Virus record (IMG/VR): IMGVR_UViG_3300043429_000173
Location: 1,489-65,488 of that record
Source of the DNA: a virus
Taxonomy: Duplodnaviria; Caudoviricetes
Reading direction: 5' to 3' (one strand)
DNA: 64,000 nucleotides
Position numbers and translations under genes: made by a program. Within the stretch, counting starts at the first letter, position 1; each line of letters opens with the position of its first letter. Below are positions 1 to 8,196 of this stretch, piece by piece. The notes under the pieces are model-generated. The model was given only the letters and a program-made list of their open reading frames with translations. It was not told where the DNA came from and searched no databases.

Positions 1-105
1 AAATATATATTAATACGAGCTCTTTATAATATTTAAATAATACGTGTTGTAATTATTTTTTAATTTTTAGACTTTTTGTAGGAGGCACGCTTTGCAAAAT
101 AAATC

Positions 106-294
106 GGAACAAAAGAACATTATCAATCTACACCATCAAAAAATCCAAGCAAATCAAGGCACTTTATAATGTTCCACTTTGCACATCTATACGGAACATT
201 ACGAAAAAAACTGGAACATTGTCCTATTCCCACCATATCTCAAAACCGCGCCCACAGGTAATGTTCCACTTTTCTGCACCACCAAAAAATCCAA
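106..294. repeat. Cluster of (G)GAACA(TT)/AATGTTCC motifs in alternating orientation in an AT-rich non-coding region
   Basis: GGAACA 106-111, GAACATT 115-121, AATGTTCCACTTT 168-180, GGAACATT 193-200 and 213-220, AATGTTCCACTTT 261-273; also CAAAAAATCCAA twice (137-148, 283-294). Confidence 0.7.
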
Positions 295-348
295 TTCTCT
301 ATCATCGAACAAAACACCACTAAAAACCACATGACGTATTTAGGGGGC

Positions 349-377
349 TTGACACGGCTTATAGCCTATGATATAAT
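349..377 (+). promoter_or_regulatory. Strong sigma70-type early promoter
   Basis: TTGACA (349-354), 17 bp spacer, TATAAT (372-377) with extended -10 TG at 369-370. Confidence 0.92.
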
Positions 378-441
378 GTATCTAACGACTGGAAGATTAT
401 CCATCGTACTGTTCTTTAACAATATACAAGTGTTTTAGGTG

Positions 442-459
442 TGGGCTTAATTAAGCCCA
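442..459. promoter_or_regulatory. Palindromic operator-like site, copy 1
   Basis: TGGGCTTAATTAAGCCCA perfect 18-bp palindrome; six copies in 1-5.4 kb. Confidence 0.75.
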
Positions 460-692
460 GTAGTATCATGTGTTATTTAAGTATCACATCTAAAATCATA
501 AAACACCCACACGCATGGTAAAACTACGGGTAAGTATTGGCTCGTTGTGTAATAGCAATCCCAAGAAAATGCCTTAACCTAAACGTGTGGAGTTAGTGTT
601 TTATTATGCACACTATATAAAACAGAAGGGGTGAGTGCGCCCGTAGTATGCATATCAAGCATTAACATTATTTAACTAACAGAGGAGTTATC

Positions 693-941
693 ATGAGTGA
701 TACATTGAAAGACCAGTTACAAAGGTGGCGCGACAATCAGCCACAGCCTAGCAATCCAAAAGCAGTGGGCTTAATTAAGCCCAACCTATCAACCCACAGA
801 CACACAGGTAAACATGCTCTCAAATCATACAAGGGCATCGTTGAGTTTCCACACACTAGAGGTGGTGGCATTGTGTGGCTTAAATCAGCACAAGCATTAA
901 CTAACTATGAGAACAAAAACTATAAGGTGGTGTGGCTATGA
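693..941 (+). CDS. Hypothetical early protein
   Basis: AGAGGAG RBS before ATG; first ORF after the early promoter; contains operator copy 2. Confidence 0.65.
   Translation: MSDTLKDQLQRWRDNQPQPSNPKAVGLIKPNLSTHRHTGKHALKSYKGIVEFPHTRGGGIVWLKSAQALTNYENKNYKVVWL
766..783. promoter_or_regulatory. Palindromic operator-like site, copy 2
   Basis: TGGGCTTAATTAAGCCCA inside ORF 693..941. Confidence 0.7.
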
Positions 942-1141
942 GTTACTGTCAAGTATGTAAGGTAGAGGTCAAGCAAGCGCGGTGGGACTTAGGTTATCGC
1001 ACGTGCTTAGATTGTGGTGAGGTAGATGCGCGGTCATTCAAGCACACAATAGTGCCAATGCCCAAATCAAATTATATTGTCGTAACAGACATGGCATTAC
1101 TTCGTGGGTTAAACAGTAGTCATAAAGGAGGTGTAGCATGA
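938..1141 (+). CDS. Small C4 zinc-finger protein, DksA/TraR-like finger
   Basis: CQVC-x(5)-ARWDLGYRT-CLDC resembles the CxxC-x-R-x-CxxC DksA/TraR finger; no DksA coiled coil. Confidence 0.6.
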   Translation: MSYCQVCKVEVKQARWDLGYRTCLDCGEVDARSFKHTIVPMPKSNYIVVTDMALLRGLNSSHKGGVA

Positions 1142-1356
1142 CAGACCAACCAACAGAGGAAGCAGTCAACAAGTTATTAGGTAAGAAGCTATATCATGTG
1201 TATGCCCGTGAAACTGTGTACTCACGGAAAGATGTGTGGGCTATGGATGCAGATGAAGCAGAGACCTTAGCGAACAATGAAGGATTCAGCACCGATGAAA
1301 TAATTGATGGTGATAATTTTGAAATTACAGACGTGGAGGTAGATGATGAAGCCTGA
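1138..1356 (+). CDS. Hypothetical acidic protein
   Basis: AAGGAGG RBS, ATGA overlap with the upstream gene. Confidence 0.75.
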   Translation: MTDQPTEEAVNKLLGKKLYHVYARETVYSRKDVWAMDADEAETLANNEGFSTDEIIDGDNFEITDVEVDDEA

Positions 1357-1426
1357 TGACTGGGATAAGGTAGTGTTTTGGGTAAGTGTAGTAATAGCAG
1401 TTCTTTTAATCACTGGGCTTATTTAA
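1343..1426 (+). CDS. Small single-TM peptide (27 aa, not in ORF track)
   Basis: GGAGG RBS; MMKPDDWDKVVFWVSVVIAVLLITGLI*. Confidence 0.55.
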   Translation: MMKPDDWDKVVFWVSVVIAVLLITGLI

Positions 1427-1431
1427 GCCCA
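1414..1431. promoter_or_regulatory. Palindromic operator-like site, copy 3
   Basis: TGGGCTTATTTAAGCCCA (one central mismatch) directly before RBS ACTTTGGAGAG of the AAA ATPase. Confidence 0.7.
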
Positions 1432-1448
1432 TCACTTTGGAGAGTATC

Positions 1449-2519
1449 ATGGAAGGTATCAATAACGTAGTATCACTAGCTGATGCGTCAGCTATCATTG
1501 CAACAACAGGTGATGTAGTAACAACAATCTTAGTAGGTGAGCCTGGAATTGGTAAGTCTAGCTTGCGTAATGACATCCTAGCTAAGCTCGGATGGGGACA
1601 AGACCAATGCGTGTATCTCGATGCACCACTACTAGATTTTCCCGACTTCTATATGCCCGATGTCAACAACGGCATCACAACTAATGCGTATCACGAACGA
1701 TGGCATCTAGACAGCGACAAGCCACAGTTATATATGGTGGACGAGATTGGTAAGATGGCAGGCGTAGCACGCCCAATGATTACTAGGTTCTTACTAGAAC
1801 GTACAGTATCAGACAAGCCCATCCCGAAAGGCTCGATCGTTTTTGCGACATCTAACCTTGCAACCGATGGTGTGGGTGATAGTTTCCCTGCTCATCTAAA
1901 CAACCGCGTGTCTACAGTCGAGGTCAGCAAGCCCGATGCGGATAGTGTTGTTGAGTTCGGTACTGCACACGGCATGAATGGTACTCTTATTTACTTTATA
2001 CGAGAGAACCCTGAAACGTGCCAATCATACCGCGACCTTGACGAGGAGGCACAACGTAACAACAAGTATAATTTCAATCCTAAGTACAACACTAAAGCGT
2101 TCTGTTCTAATCGTTCGTTTTGGATGGCAAGTAACACACTCGACAAGATGGAAGCAGGACTACTTACTAAGCCACAAGCGATGGCACATATTTGTGGTGC
2201 GATTGGCGCACCTGCTACCGCAGAGTTATGGGCTACAGTAGAGTTAGCGGACACACTACCATCACGTTCATCCATCTACAACGACCCTGAGAATGCGCGA
2301 ATTCCCGACAGCCTAGCTAGTCAGTTGTTGTTATCGACACGCTTAGCTTCAGGGCTTGATGATAAAAATGCAGATGCTACATCTACCTACATGGTCAGAC
2401 TTGAGCCTGAGATTCAAGCAGTCACAGGTCGCATCATCTTCAAATCAAAAGCACAGGTAGCGATGCGTAGCCCTGCCATGCGCCAATGGGTAACAACATT
2501 CACTAAGGAGTTTATCTAA
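1449..2519 (+). CDS. MoxR-like AAA+ ATPase
   Basis: Walker A GEPGIGKS, Walker B LYMVDE, sensor-1 ATSN, HLNNR Arg finger; vWA partner downstream; start moved to ATG 1449 after GGAGAG. Confidence 0.85.
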   Translation: MEGINNVVSLADASAIIATTGDVVTTILVGEPGIGKSSLRNDILAKLGWGQDQCVYLDAPLLDFPDFYMPDVNNGITTNAYHERWHLDSDKPQLYMVDEIGKMAGVARPMITRFLLERTVSDKPIPKGSIVFATSNLATDGVGDSFPAHLNNRVSTVEVSKPDADSVVEFGTAHGMNGTLIYFIRENPETCQSYRDLDEEAQRNNKYNFNPKYNTKAFCSNRSFWMASNTLDKMEAGLLTKPQAMAHICGAIGAPATAELWATVELADTLPSRSSIYNDPENARIPDSLASQLLLSTRLASGLDDKNADATSTYMVRLEPEIQAVTGRIIFKSKAQVAMRSPAMRQWVTTFTKEFI

Positions 2520-2525
2520 TCAACA

Positions 2526-2543
2526 TGGGCTTAATTAAGCCCA
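2526..2543. promoter_or_regulatory. Palindromic operator-like site, copy 4
   Basis: TGGGCTTAATTAAGCCCA followed by CTACTTTGGAGGTTATTATG. Confidence 0.75.
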
Positions 2544-2560
2544 CTACTTTGGAGGTTATT

Positions 2561-2965
2561 ATGGGTTATAGAAGTGCAGTAAAAAGTTGTATCTATTCAG
2601 ATGACTTAGAGTTATTTGATGCGTTCATAGCAGGTCAGAAGTTAGCAGAGCCTCGCATATTTGATGACAGTAATTGGTTCAAGGACAACATCCGATTTAC
2701 TGAGGTGGTGTACAAAGATGTGCAGGGTGTGATTGTTCAGCACATCAAAATCCTAGACATGCAATGCGATGATGTTAAGTGGTATGACGATTTCGAGGAC
2801 GTCAAAGGATGGACTAGGTTGTTAGCCAATGCCGAGGAACAAGGACTTAACTATGAGTTCGTGCGAGTAGGTGAGGAAAGCGATGACATCGAGAGTGAAC
2901 AAGGCGGTGATAGCGTAGAGCATTTCCTATATCCAACAACAAGTATTAGCTGTGAATATAACTAA
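2561..2965 (+). CDS. Hypothetical phage protein
   Basis: GGAGG RBS before ATG 2561 (MGYRSAV...); C-terminal KWY...FVRVGEESDD. Confidence 0.75.
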   Translation: MGYRSAVKSCIYSDDLELFDAFIAGQKLAEPRIFDDSNWFKDNIRFTEVVYKDVQGVIVQHIKILDMQCDDVKWYDDFEDVKGWTRLLANAEEQGLNYEFVRVGEESDDIESEQGGDSVEHFLYPTTSISCEYN

Positions 2966-2976
2966 GGAGTATCAAC

Positions 2977-3837
2977 ATGGACAAAATCAATTTAAGTAAT
3001 CAAGCAATCTTAGTAGAGTTAAACATCCGTATGCCTAGCTTTCGCAAGCTAGATAAGAAAGTATCAAAGGAAGTAACAGACCGCAAAGGTGCTAACGAGG
3101 ATGCAGGTAGATTCAACAAGCACTTGTTAGCAGGTGTCGACCAGTTAGATAAGCTACAAAAATGGGTATCGTCAGCGCGTGTCGAGTTCTACTATAAAAC
3201 ATTGCCGTGGTCAGATAGCGGTCAGCGTATGTGCGACATCCGTAACTTTATTATCCTAAAGGATTGGCTCAATGATATGCGCACTGAGTTCGATCGAATG
3301 GCACAGGACTTTATCAATATCTATCCTAATCTAGTATCAGCACAAGCATTTAAGATGGGTACGATGTTCGATAGGTCAGAGTATCCCGATGTATCAGAGG
3401 TGGCTAAGCGGTTCGGCTTCGGCTTTACATTCCTACCATTGCCTGAACGTGGTGATTTCCGTGTGGATGTATCGCATGACATCGCAGAAGCATTAGAAGC
3501 AGAGTATGAGAAGGTGTATGCAGAACGTACCAACGCGGCAATGACAGACCTATGGGACAGACTATATAAAGTAACTAAGCATATCAGCGACCGCCTCGCA
3601 GACAACACAGACGGCACTAAGAAAATCATCCGTGATAGCGTGCTAGACAATGCGATTGAGTTATGTAGCCTACTTTCTGTTATGAACGTAACACATGATG
3701 AGAAGTTAGAACAAGCACGCAGACAGCTAGAGAATACCTTGCATGGTGTGGATATGAAAGAGATACGTGATAGTGATGCTATCCGTAAGCACGTCAAGGC
3801 ACAGGTCGATGAGTTATCAGATAAATTGGGGTGGTAA
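2977..3837 (+). CDS. Conserved helical phage protein of the AAA/vWA module (DUF3150-like, tentative)
   Basis: AAGGAG RBS; 286 aa with TLPWSD and EYP motifs; sits between ATPase and vWA genes. Confidence 0.6.
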   Translation: MDKINLSNQAILVELNIRMPSFRKLDKKVSKEVTDRKGANEDAGRFNKHLLAGVDQLDKLQKWVSSARVEFYYKTLPWSDSGQRMCDIRNFIILKDWLNDMRTEFDRMAQDFINIYPNLVSAQAFKMGTMFDRSEYPDVSEVAKRFGFGFTFLPLPERGDFRVDVSHDIAEALEAEYEKVYAERTNAAMTDLWDRLYKVTKHISDRLADNTDGTKKIIRDSVLDNAIELCSLLSVMNVTHDEKLEQARRQLENTLHGVDMKEIRDSDAIRKHVKAQVDELSDKLGW

Positions 3838-4031
3838 TCATGACATTATCAGAAGCGAATAGCGCACTACGATTGTATGGGTTAAAGATGGACAGGGTGT
3901 TGTTGCATCGTGATGGTGATATAGAAACATTCCAGTACACAGTAGCTAACGACCGAGAAATCCATGCGATTGGTACTTGGGACTTGCCTATACAGAAAGT
4001 GTATGAGCATGTGGTGGAGAATTTCACATGA
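3831..4031 (+). CDS. Hypothetical protein
   Basis: Tightly packed with its neighbours; true start may be ATG 3840. Confidence 0.55.
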   Translation: MVIMTLSEANSALRLYGLKMDRVLLHRDGDIETFQYTVANDREIHAIGTWDLPIQKVYEHVVENFT

Positions 4032-4219
4032 CAATGAATGAGGTCAATGCAGTTGCAAAATTGTTCGGGCTTCAAGTTCGCAAGAACAAAAGGGGTGACT
4101 ATTGGATTCGTAACATAGGTGAAAAGAAATGGATTCCTGTAATTAGTAAATTCAAGACTTACACCAATGCAGATATATGCGAAGCAATATGTAGTGAGCC
4201 TGAGTATTACAAATCTTAA
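4028..4219 (+). CDS. Hypothetical protein
   Basis: ATGA overlap, GGAG RBS. Confidence 0.6.
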   Translation: MTMNEVNAVAKLFGLQVRKNKRGDYWIRNIGEKKWIPVISKFKTYTNADICEAICSEPEYYKS

Positions 4220-4220
4220 C

Positions 4221-4237
4221 GGGCTTAATTAAGCCCA
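4221..4237. promoter_or_regulatory. Palindromic operator-like site, copy 5
   Basis: GGGCTTAATTAAGCCCA followed by CTACTTTGGAGGTTATATG; nearly the same cassette as copy 4. Confidence 0.75.
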
Positions 4238-4253
4238 CTACTTTGGAGGTTAT

Positions 4254-5465
4254 ATGGACATCGTTAAAGATATTAAGAAGCAGAACATCGCAATCATGGG
4301 TAACAAAACATGGGTGTGGATGGGTGGTATTTTGTGTTTCGGTAAGTGGTCTGTGGTTGATGACATCCCGACTGCTTGCACAGATGGTAAGAACGTAATG
4401 TATGGTCGTGAGTTCATGACTAAGCTATCCGAGCCTGAACGTAGGTTTATTATCCTACACGAAGCAATGCACAAGATGGCTAGACACTTGAACATCTACA
4501 AGCAATTACACACGCTTGATGCTCAACGTGCTAACGCGGCATGCGACTACTGGATTAACAACTCACTCATAGAACAGGATGGTCGAGATAAGTTTATCAC
4601 TATGCCTAATGGTGGTCTGTTCAATCCTGCATACAAAGGTAAGACAGTCATTGATATATTCAAGGACTTAGAGAAGCAATCTAAACAAAACCCTCAAGAC
4701 TGTATGACAGGTCAATCAGATGTAAGTGGTAACGAAATAACACAAGGCTATCCTAGTTCAGGTGGTATGGATGAGCATGACTGGGAAGGTGCAGACTTGA
4801 GCAAGGAGGAATTGGAAACGCTTGCTAAGGATATTGAGATTGCTATCAGACAAGGTAAGCAACTTGCAGGCAAGATGTCAGGCAACCGCCCACGTGTGAT
4901 AGATGATGTGTTAGCAGGTAAGGTGGACTGGAAAGCTGAGTTAGCTGAGTTCCTTAAACAAGTAATGGCAGGTCGTGACGAGAGCAGTTGGTCTAAACTA
5001 AACAGACGGATGTCACACATGGGACACTTTCCTAGTGCCATCTCTACAACGTGCGGTCGTATCGCAGTATGCCCTGATATGTCAGGCAGTATTGGTGGGG
5101 CTATCCTCGGTCAGTTCATGGGTGAGATTAAGAAACTATGTATCGAGTTGCAACCATCGGGTGTGGATATTCTATGGTGGGACACAGAGGTGTGTGGTGT
5201 GCAGTCATTCGAGCCTAGTCAGTACGAGAACCTAGACAACTTACTCAAGCCTGTAGGCGGTGGTGGTACTGCGCCTCAATGTGTTGCAGACTGGCTGGGC
5301 TTAAATAAGCCCATGAACCATGAGTGTGTTGTGATGTTATCAGATGGCTACGTCGATCGGTTCCCAACCTTTGACATCCCTGTGTTGTGGGCTATGACGA
5401 CTGATGTGGTTGCCGAGCATGGTCGCACAGTAAGAATGGAGGTTGACTATGGCTGGAGTAATTAA
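4254..5465 (+). CDS. Putative metallopeptidase plus vWA-like domain protein (DUF2201 type)
   Basis: TACTDG and HEAMH (HExxH) in the N-half; MIDAS DMSGS, GGGGT and LSDGY in the C-half. Confidence 0.85.
   Translation: MDIVKDIKKQNIAIMGNKTWVWMGGILCFGKWSVVDDIPTACTDGKNVMYGREFMTKLSEPERRFIILHEAMHKMARHLNIYKQLHTLDAQRANAACDYWINNSLIEQDGRDKFITMPNGGLFNPAYKGKTVIDIFKDLEKQSKQNPQDCMTGQSDVSGNEITQGYPSSGGMDEHDWEGADLSKEELETLAKDIEIAIRQGKQLAGKMSGNRPRVIDDVLAGKVDWKAELAEFLKQVMAGRDESSWSKLNRRMSHMGHFPSAISTTCGRIAVCPDMSGSIGGAILGQFMGEIKKLCIELQPSGVDILWWDTEVCGVQSFEPSQYENLDNLLKPVGGGGTAPQCVADWLGLNKPMNHECVVMLSDGYVDRFPTFDIPVLWAMTTDVVAEHGRTVRMEVDYGWSN
5296..5313. promoter_or_regulatory. Palindromic operator-like site, copy 6
   Basis: TGGGCTTAAATAAGCCCA (reverse complement of copy 3) inside the vWA coding region. 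Confidence 0.6.
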
Positions 5466-5664
5466 CGCACCAGCTCACCCCTACGAGATGGGCTTGCACT
5501 ATGAAGGTATCAAGCAAGCTAACAAGTATGACTTGTGGCGTAGAGAGTTAGGGTTCGATACATTCGATGCATTACTTGCATCATTCGAGGATGTTGCGAA
5601 GCTAACAGGTGAGCCAGTCAATCAGGTCGTTCATCAAGAATTTGAGAATTGGAGTAAGCGATGA
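5443..5664 (+). CDS. Hypothetical protein, paralog of next ORF
   Basis: Shares GFxxxDxxxxxFExVAKLT with 5661..5939; likely start ATG 5449. Confidence 0.65.
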   Translation: MTMAGVINAPAHPYEMGLHYEGIKQANKYDLWRRELGFDTFDALLASFEDVAKLTGEPVNQVVHQEFENWSKR

Positions 5665-5939
5665 GTATAGCAATTAGTAATGGTGGTACAGGTGTTACCG
5701 CACATACCGCACATACAGCAAATACAGGGATAAGTAATGCCACATGGAGTTCAGGTATAGAAGGTATTCAAGCAGAGAACTTAATTAAACCACAGTATGA
5801 GTTATATAAATATCACAAGGCGCGAGGCTTTAATAGTGTGGATGAATACTTCGATCATTTTGAATCAGTAGCAAAACTAACGAATGCTGATGTGGTTGAG
5901 TTGATTAGAGCTGACCTAGCAGAATGGAGAAAGAAATGA
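5661..5939 (+). CDS. Hypothetical protein, paralog of previous ORF
   Basis: ATGA overlap; GFNSVDEYFDHFESVAKLT. Confidence 0.65.
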   Translation: MSIAISNGGTGVTAHTAHTANTGISNATWSSGIEGIQAENLIKPQYELYKYHKARGFNSVDEYFDHFESVAKLTNADVVELIRADLAEWRKK

Positions 5940-6079
5940 ACATTGAACCAACGCGGTTATTAAAGCTACATCATGCAAGCGTGTCGCATAAGAGTATTGC
6001 TAGGTTAATACACAAGCGCACACATACAGTTAAGTCATGGATATATGGAAAGGACTATCATGCAAGTAGACAACACTGA
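5936..6079 (+). CDS. Small basic protein with HTH-like pattern (47 aa, not in ORF track)
   Basis: ATGA overlap, GGAG RBS; SHKSIARLIHKRTHTVKSWI fits an IA-x-x-h-x5-TV-x-x-W helix-turn-helix pattern. Confidence 0.45.
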   Translation: MNIEPTRLLKLHHASVSHKSIARLIHKRTHTVKSWIYGKDYHASRQH

Positions 6080-6677
6080 TGTACCAAGCTATGAGAAGTT
6101 CTGCGAGATGCAATGGGACGAGTACGGGTGGTGGGATTGGATATTGGAGGATGCTGCCCAAGAAGCAGTTCAGCTAGGCTTTGAGATTGATAAGGATAGT
6201 ATCGGGTTCGACTTGTACCATAACACTTGTGCAAGTACAGGACAGATATATGACAAAGCATTGTTCGTTGAAAAACATTTCGATCGCCTTATGAAAGTAT
6301 CACCAGTTTTAACACAGATGTTTAAGGAAGGGATGATTAAGTTTAAGTGGGGGACATCACGCAATGGGCATTTAGAGGTTAGAGATTACGATGACTATGG
6401 GTGGTGGCATGAGGAGGATGAGTTCAGCGAGGGTATCTTTGCGGGAACCAGTGTCCAAGAGCTTTATGATTTAGAAACCAATCATGACCAATTTGAAAGT
6501 GAGTTGCTCGACATCGTGCATGATTGGCATCAAGACTTGTTATTAACATTACGCAACGAGGATGACTATCGCACTTCAACAGAGGAGTATGAGGAATGGA
6601 TAAAGGAATGGAAAGCCGAGCAGAACTGGATGGCGACACCTACCGAGCAATCGTTAAATTACGCAACATCCACATAA
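6060..6677 (+). CDS. Hypothetical acidic Trp-rich protein
   Basis: AAGGA RBS before ATG 6060; about 205 aa. Confidence 0.7.
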   Translation: MQVDNTDVPSYEKFCEMQWDEYGWWDWILEDAAQEAVQLGFEIDKDSIGFDLYHNTCASTGQIYDKALFVEKHFDRLMKVSPVLTQMFKEGMIKFKWGTSRNGHLEVRDYDDYGWWHEEDEFSEGIFAGTSVQELYDLETNHDQFESELLDIVHDWHQDLLLTLRNEDDYRTSTEEYEEWIKEWKAEQNWMATPTEQSLNYATST

Positions 6678-6844
6678 CGATACGGAGAATTAAAGATGAG
6701 AACATGGGGGATGATTTGTATAGTTGGGTTATACATAATGTGCAAGATAAACCTATCTACAGCTATGAACGATACAACAGTTCAGCAGAAGCAAAGCGAC
6801 ATGCACAACTTGAATTATATTTACTAATACAGGAAGGAAAATAA
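6596..6844 (+). CDS. Hypothetical protein
   Basis: Fills the gap to the next gene; start uncertain. Confidence 0.5.
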   Translation: MDKGMESRAELDGDTYRAIVKLRNIHITIRRIKDENMGDDLYSWVIHNVQDKPIYSYERYNSSAEAKRHAQLELYLLIQEGK

Positions 6845-6845
6845 T

Positions 6846-7595
6846 ATGTCTTACATAACAGAATGCAATTTTAGAATTGGTGACTTTTACGAGTTAGAAC
6901 AAAAGTATCTTACCACTGCACCAATTAGAGGTAAGGATGACATCCGACCACTTGAACGACGTACCAAGCAACACTTGCGTGTTGTTAAGATCGATGATGA
7001 TACCTACGCGTGCCGTATGTACGACACAGACGTAGCCACATACCATCGGGATGGTAGGGTTGTCATGACGCTAGGTGGGTGGAACACGATGTCTACCCGT
7101 GAGTTCTTTGGTCACTGCTTACCTTATAACTTTATATTTGTATACAACAAGCAGACTATCAGCGTGACTAATTGGGAGGCTGATTGTAAGGACAAGCCAT
7201 CACATTGGCACAAGCTAGTGGATACGATAACACTCAACACTGTCACTAGGGAAATAACAGGTGGTGGGCAACCAACCAAGCAGGTAGTCAATCGCGCTAA
7301 GTCTAAGGAAGCACGTGCTAAGTACAAGCCGTTCTTAGATTGGGCTAAGTCATACATGGTGACATTGGGGTTGGAAGTACCAAAAGAATCCAGTATGGAT
7401 TATGTGCTTAAAGCAGAATTTATACACAACCCATCAGTTATTCCTGAGGACCGATACCTTGACGTATTATCATCGCTCGTATATCAAAGATGGTATGCGG
7501 CAAAATCCTATGATGACGTTAAAAAACAACTATTTAAGGAGGGCACACATTACGACATTATTAATTTACCTGCAGGTACTTTACATCAAGGATGA
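6846..7595 (+). CDS. Hypothetical phage protein
   Basis: 249-aa ORF with AGGAAGG RBS. Confidence 0.75.
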   Translation: MSYITECNFRIGDFYELEQKYLTTAPIRGKDDIRPLERRTKQHLRVVKIDDDTYACRMYDTDVATYHRDGRVVMTLGGWNTMSTREFFGHCLPYNFIFVYNKQTISVTNWEADCKDKPSHWHKLVDTITLNTVTREITGGGQPTKQVVNRAKSKEARAKYKPFLDWAKSYMVTLGLEVPKESSMDYVLKAEFIHNPSVIPEDRYLDVLSSLVYQRWYAAKSYDDVKKQLFKEGTHYDIINLPAGTLHQG

Positions 7596-7652
7596 TTTGG
7601 AGTACAGTGAATACCCTGTCACGTATTTATATACATCTAGGGGGGTGTACAC

Positions 7653-7994
7653 ATGATAGAACTAACACTTGGAGAGAACGGCATCGAAGGAATTATCTAT
7701 GGTCACATGGGTAAGATTACGTCACGTACTACTTATGCATCAGAGGATAATATCCCTGCTGACATTCGATCAAAACTTTCCGTACTAAAACTATTGCAAG
7801 ATGCTAATGAGATACCTAGTGTAGGGCAACGTGTGTCTGATACTATATATTGGATATTCGACGATTTAGAAGTCGGTTCGCTTGTACTCAATGTAAGCAA
7901 AATGATACTCGCTGAATCTATCCTAAACAAAATACCATTACATGAAGCGTATAAGAAATTCGATAGACCAAAACGAAGGAGAATATATGAGTAG
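7653..7994 (+). CDS. Hypothetical protein
   Basis: G-rich RBS; KLSVLKLL...VGQRVS motif. Confidence 0.7.
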   Translation: MIELTLGENGIEGIIYGHMGKITSRTTYASEDNIPADIRSKLSVLKLLQDANEIPSVGQRVSDTIYWIFDDLEVGSLVLNVSKMILAESILNKIPLHEAYKKFDRPKRRRIYE

Positions 7995-8172
7995 GTTTGA
8001 CGGCTACAACAGACATGACTTTCATCATCCACGTACTACACGTGAGGCTTTCGGCAGTGGATTTCATGTAGAGAAAGAAACTAGTAAGACTAAAGAGTTT
8101 TTAGGTTGGATTGCATATGCGGGTTTTATCCTTGTGCTCGCATCATTGCTTGTTGGTTTAACTCAGGGATAA
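7987..8172 (+). CDS. Small membrane protein
   Basis: AAGGAG RBS before ATG 7987; PRTTREAFG and a C-terminal TM helix. Confidence 0.7.
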   Translation: MSRFDGYNRHDFHHPRTTREAFGSGFHVEKETSKTKEFLGWIAYAGFILVLASLLVGLTQG

Positions 8173-8196
8173 CTTTATATATTTTGGAGAGATAAA

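Noticed and set aside
2525-2560. Track start MGLIKP for ORF 2525..2965 and the GLIKP/GLNKP peptide in other ORFs
   Set aside because: The peptide is just the translation of the DNA palindrome; the RBS supports ATG 2561.
442-5313. Palindromic repeats as a CRISPR array, given the Cas4-like gene
   Set aside because: Spacing is irregular (0.3-1.7 kb) with whole genes between copies; there are no cas1/cas2 or effector genes; solo Cas4-like exonucleases are common in phage replication modules.
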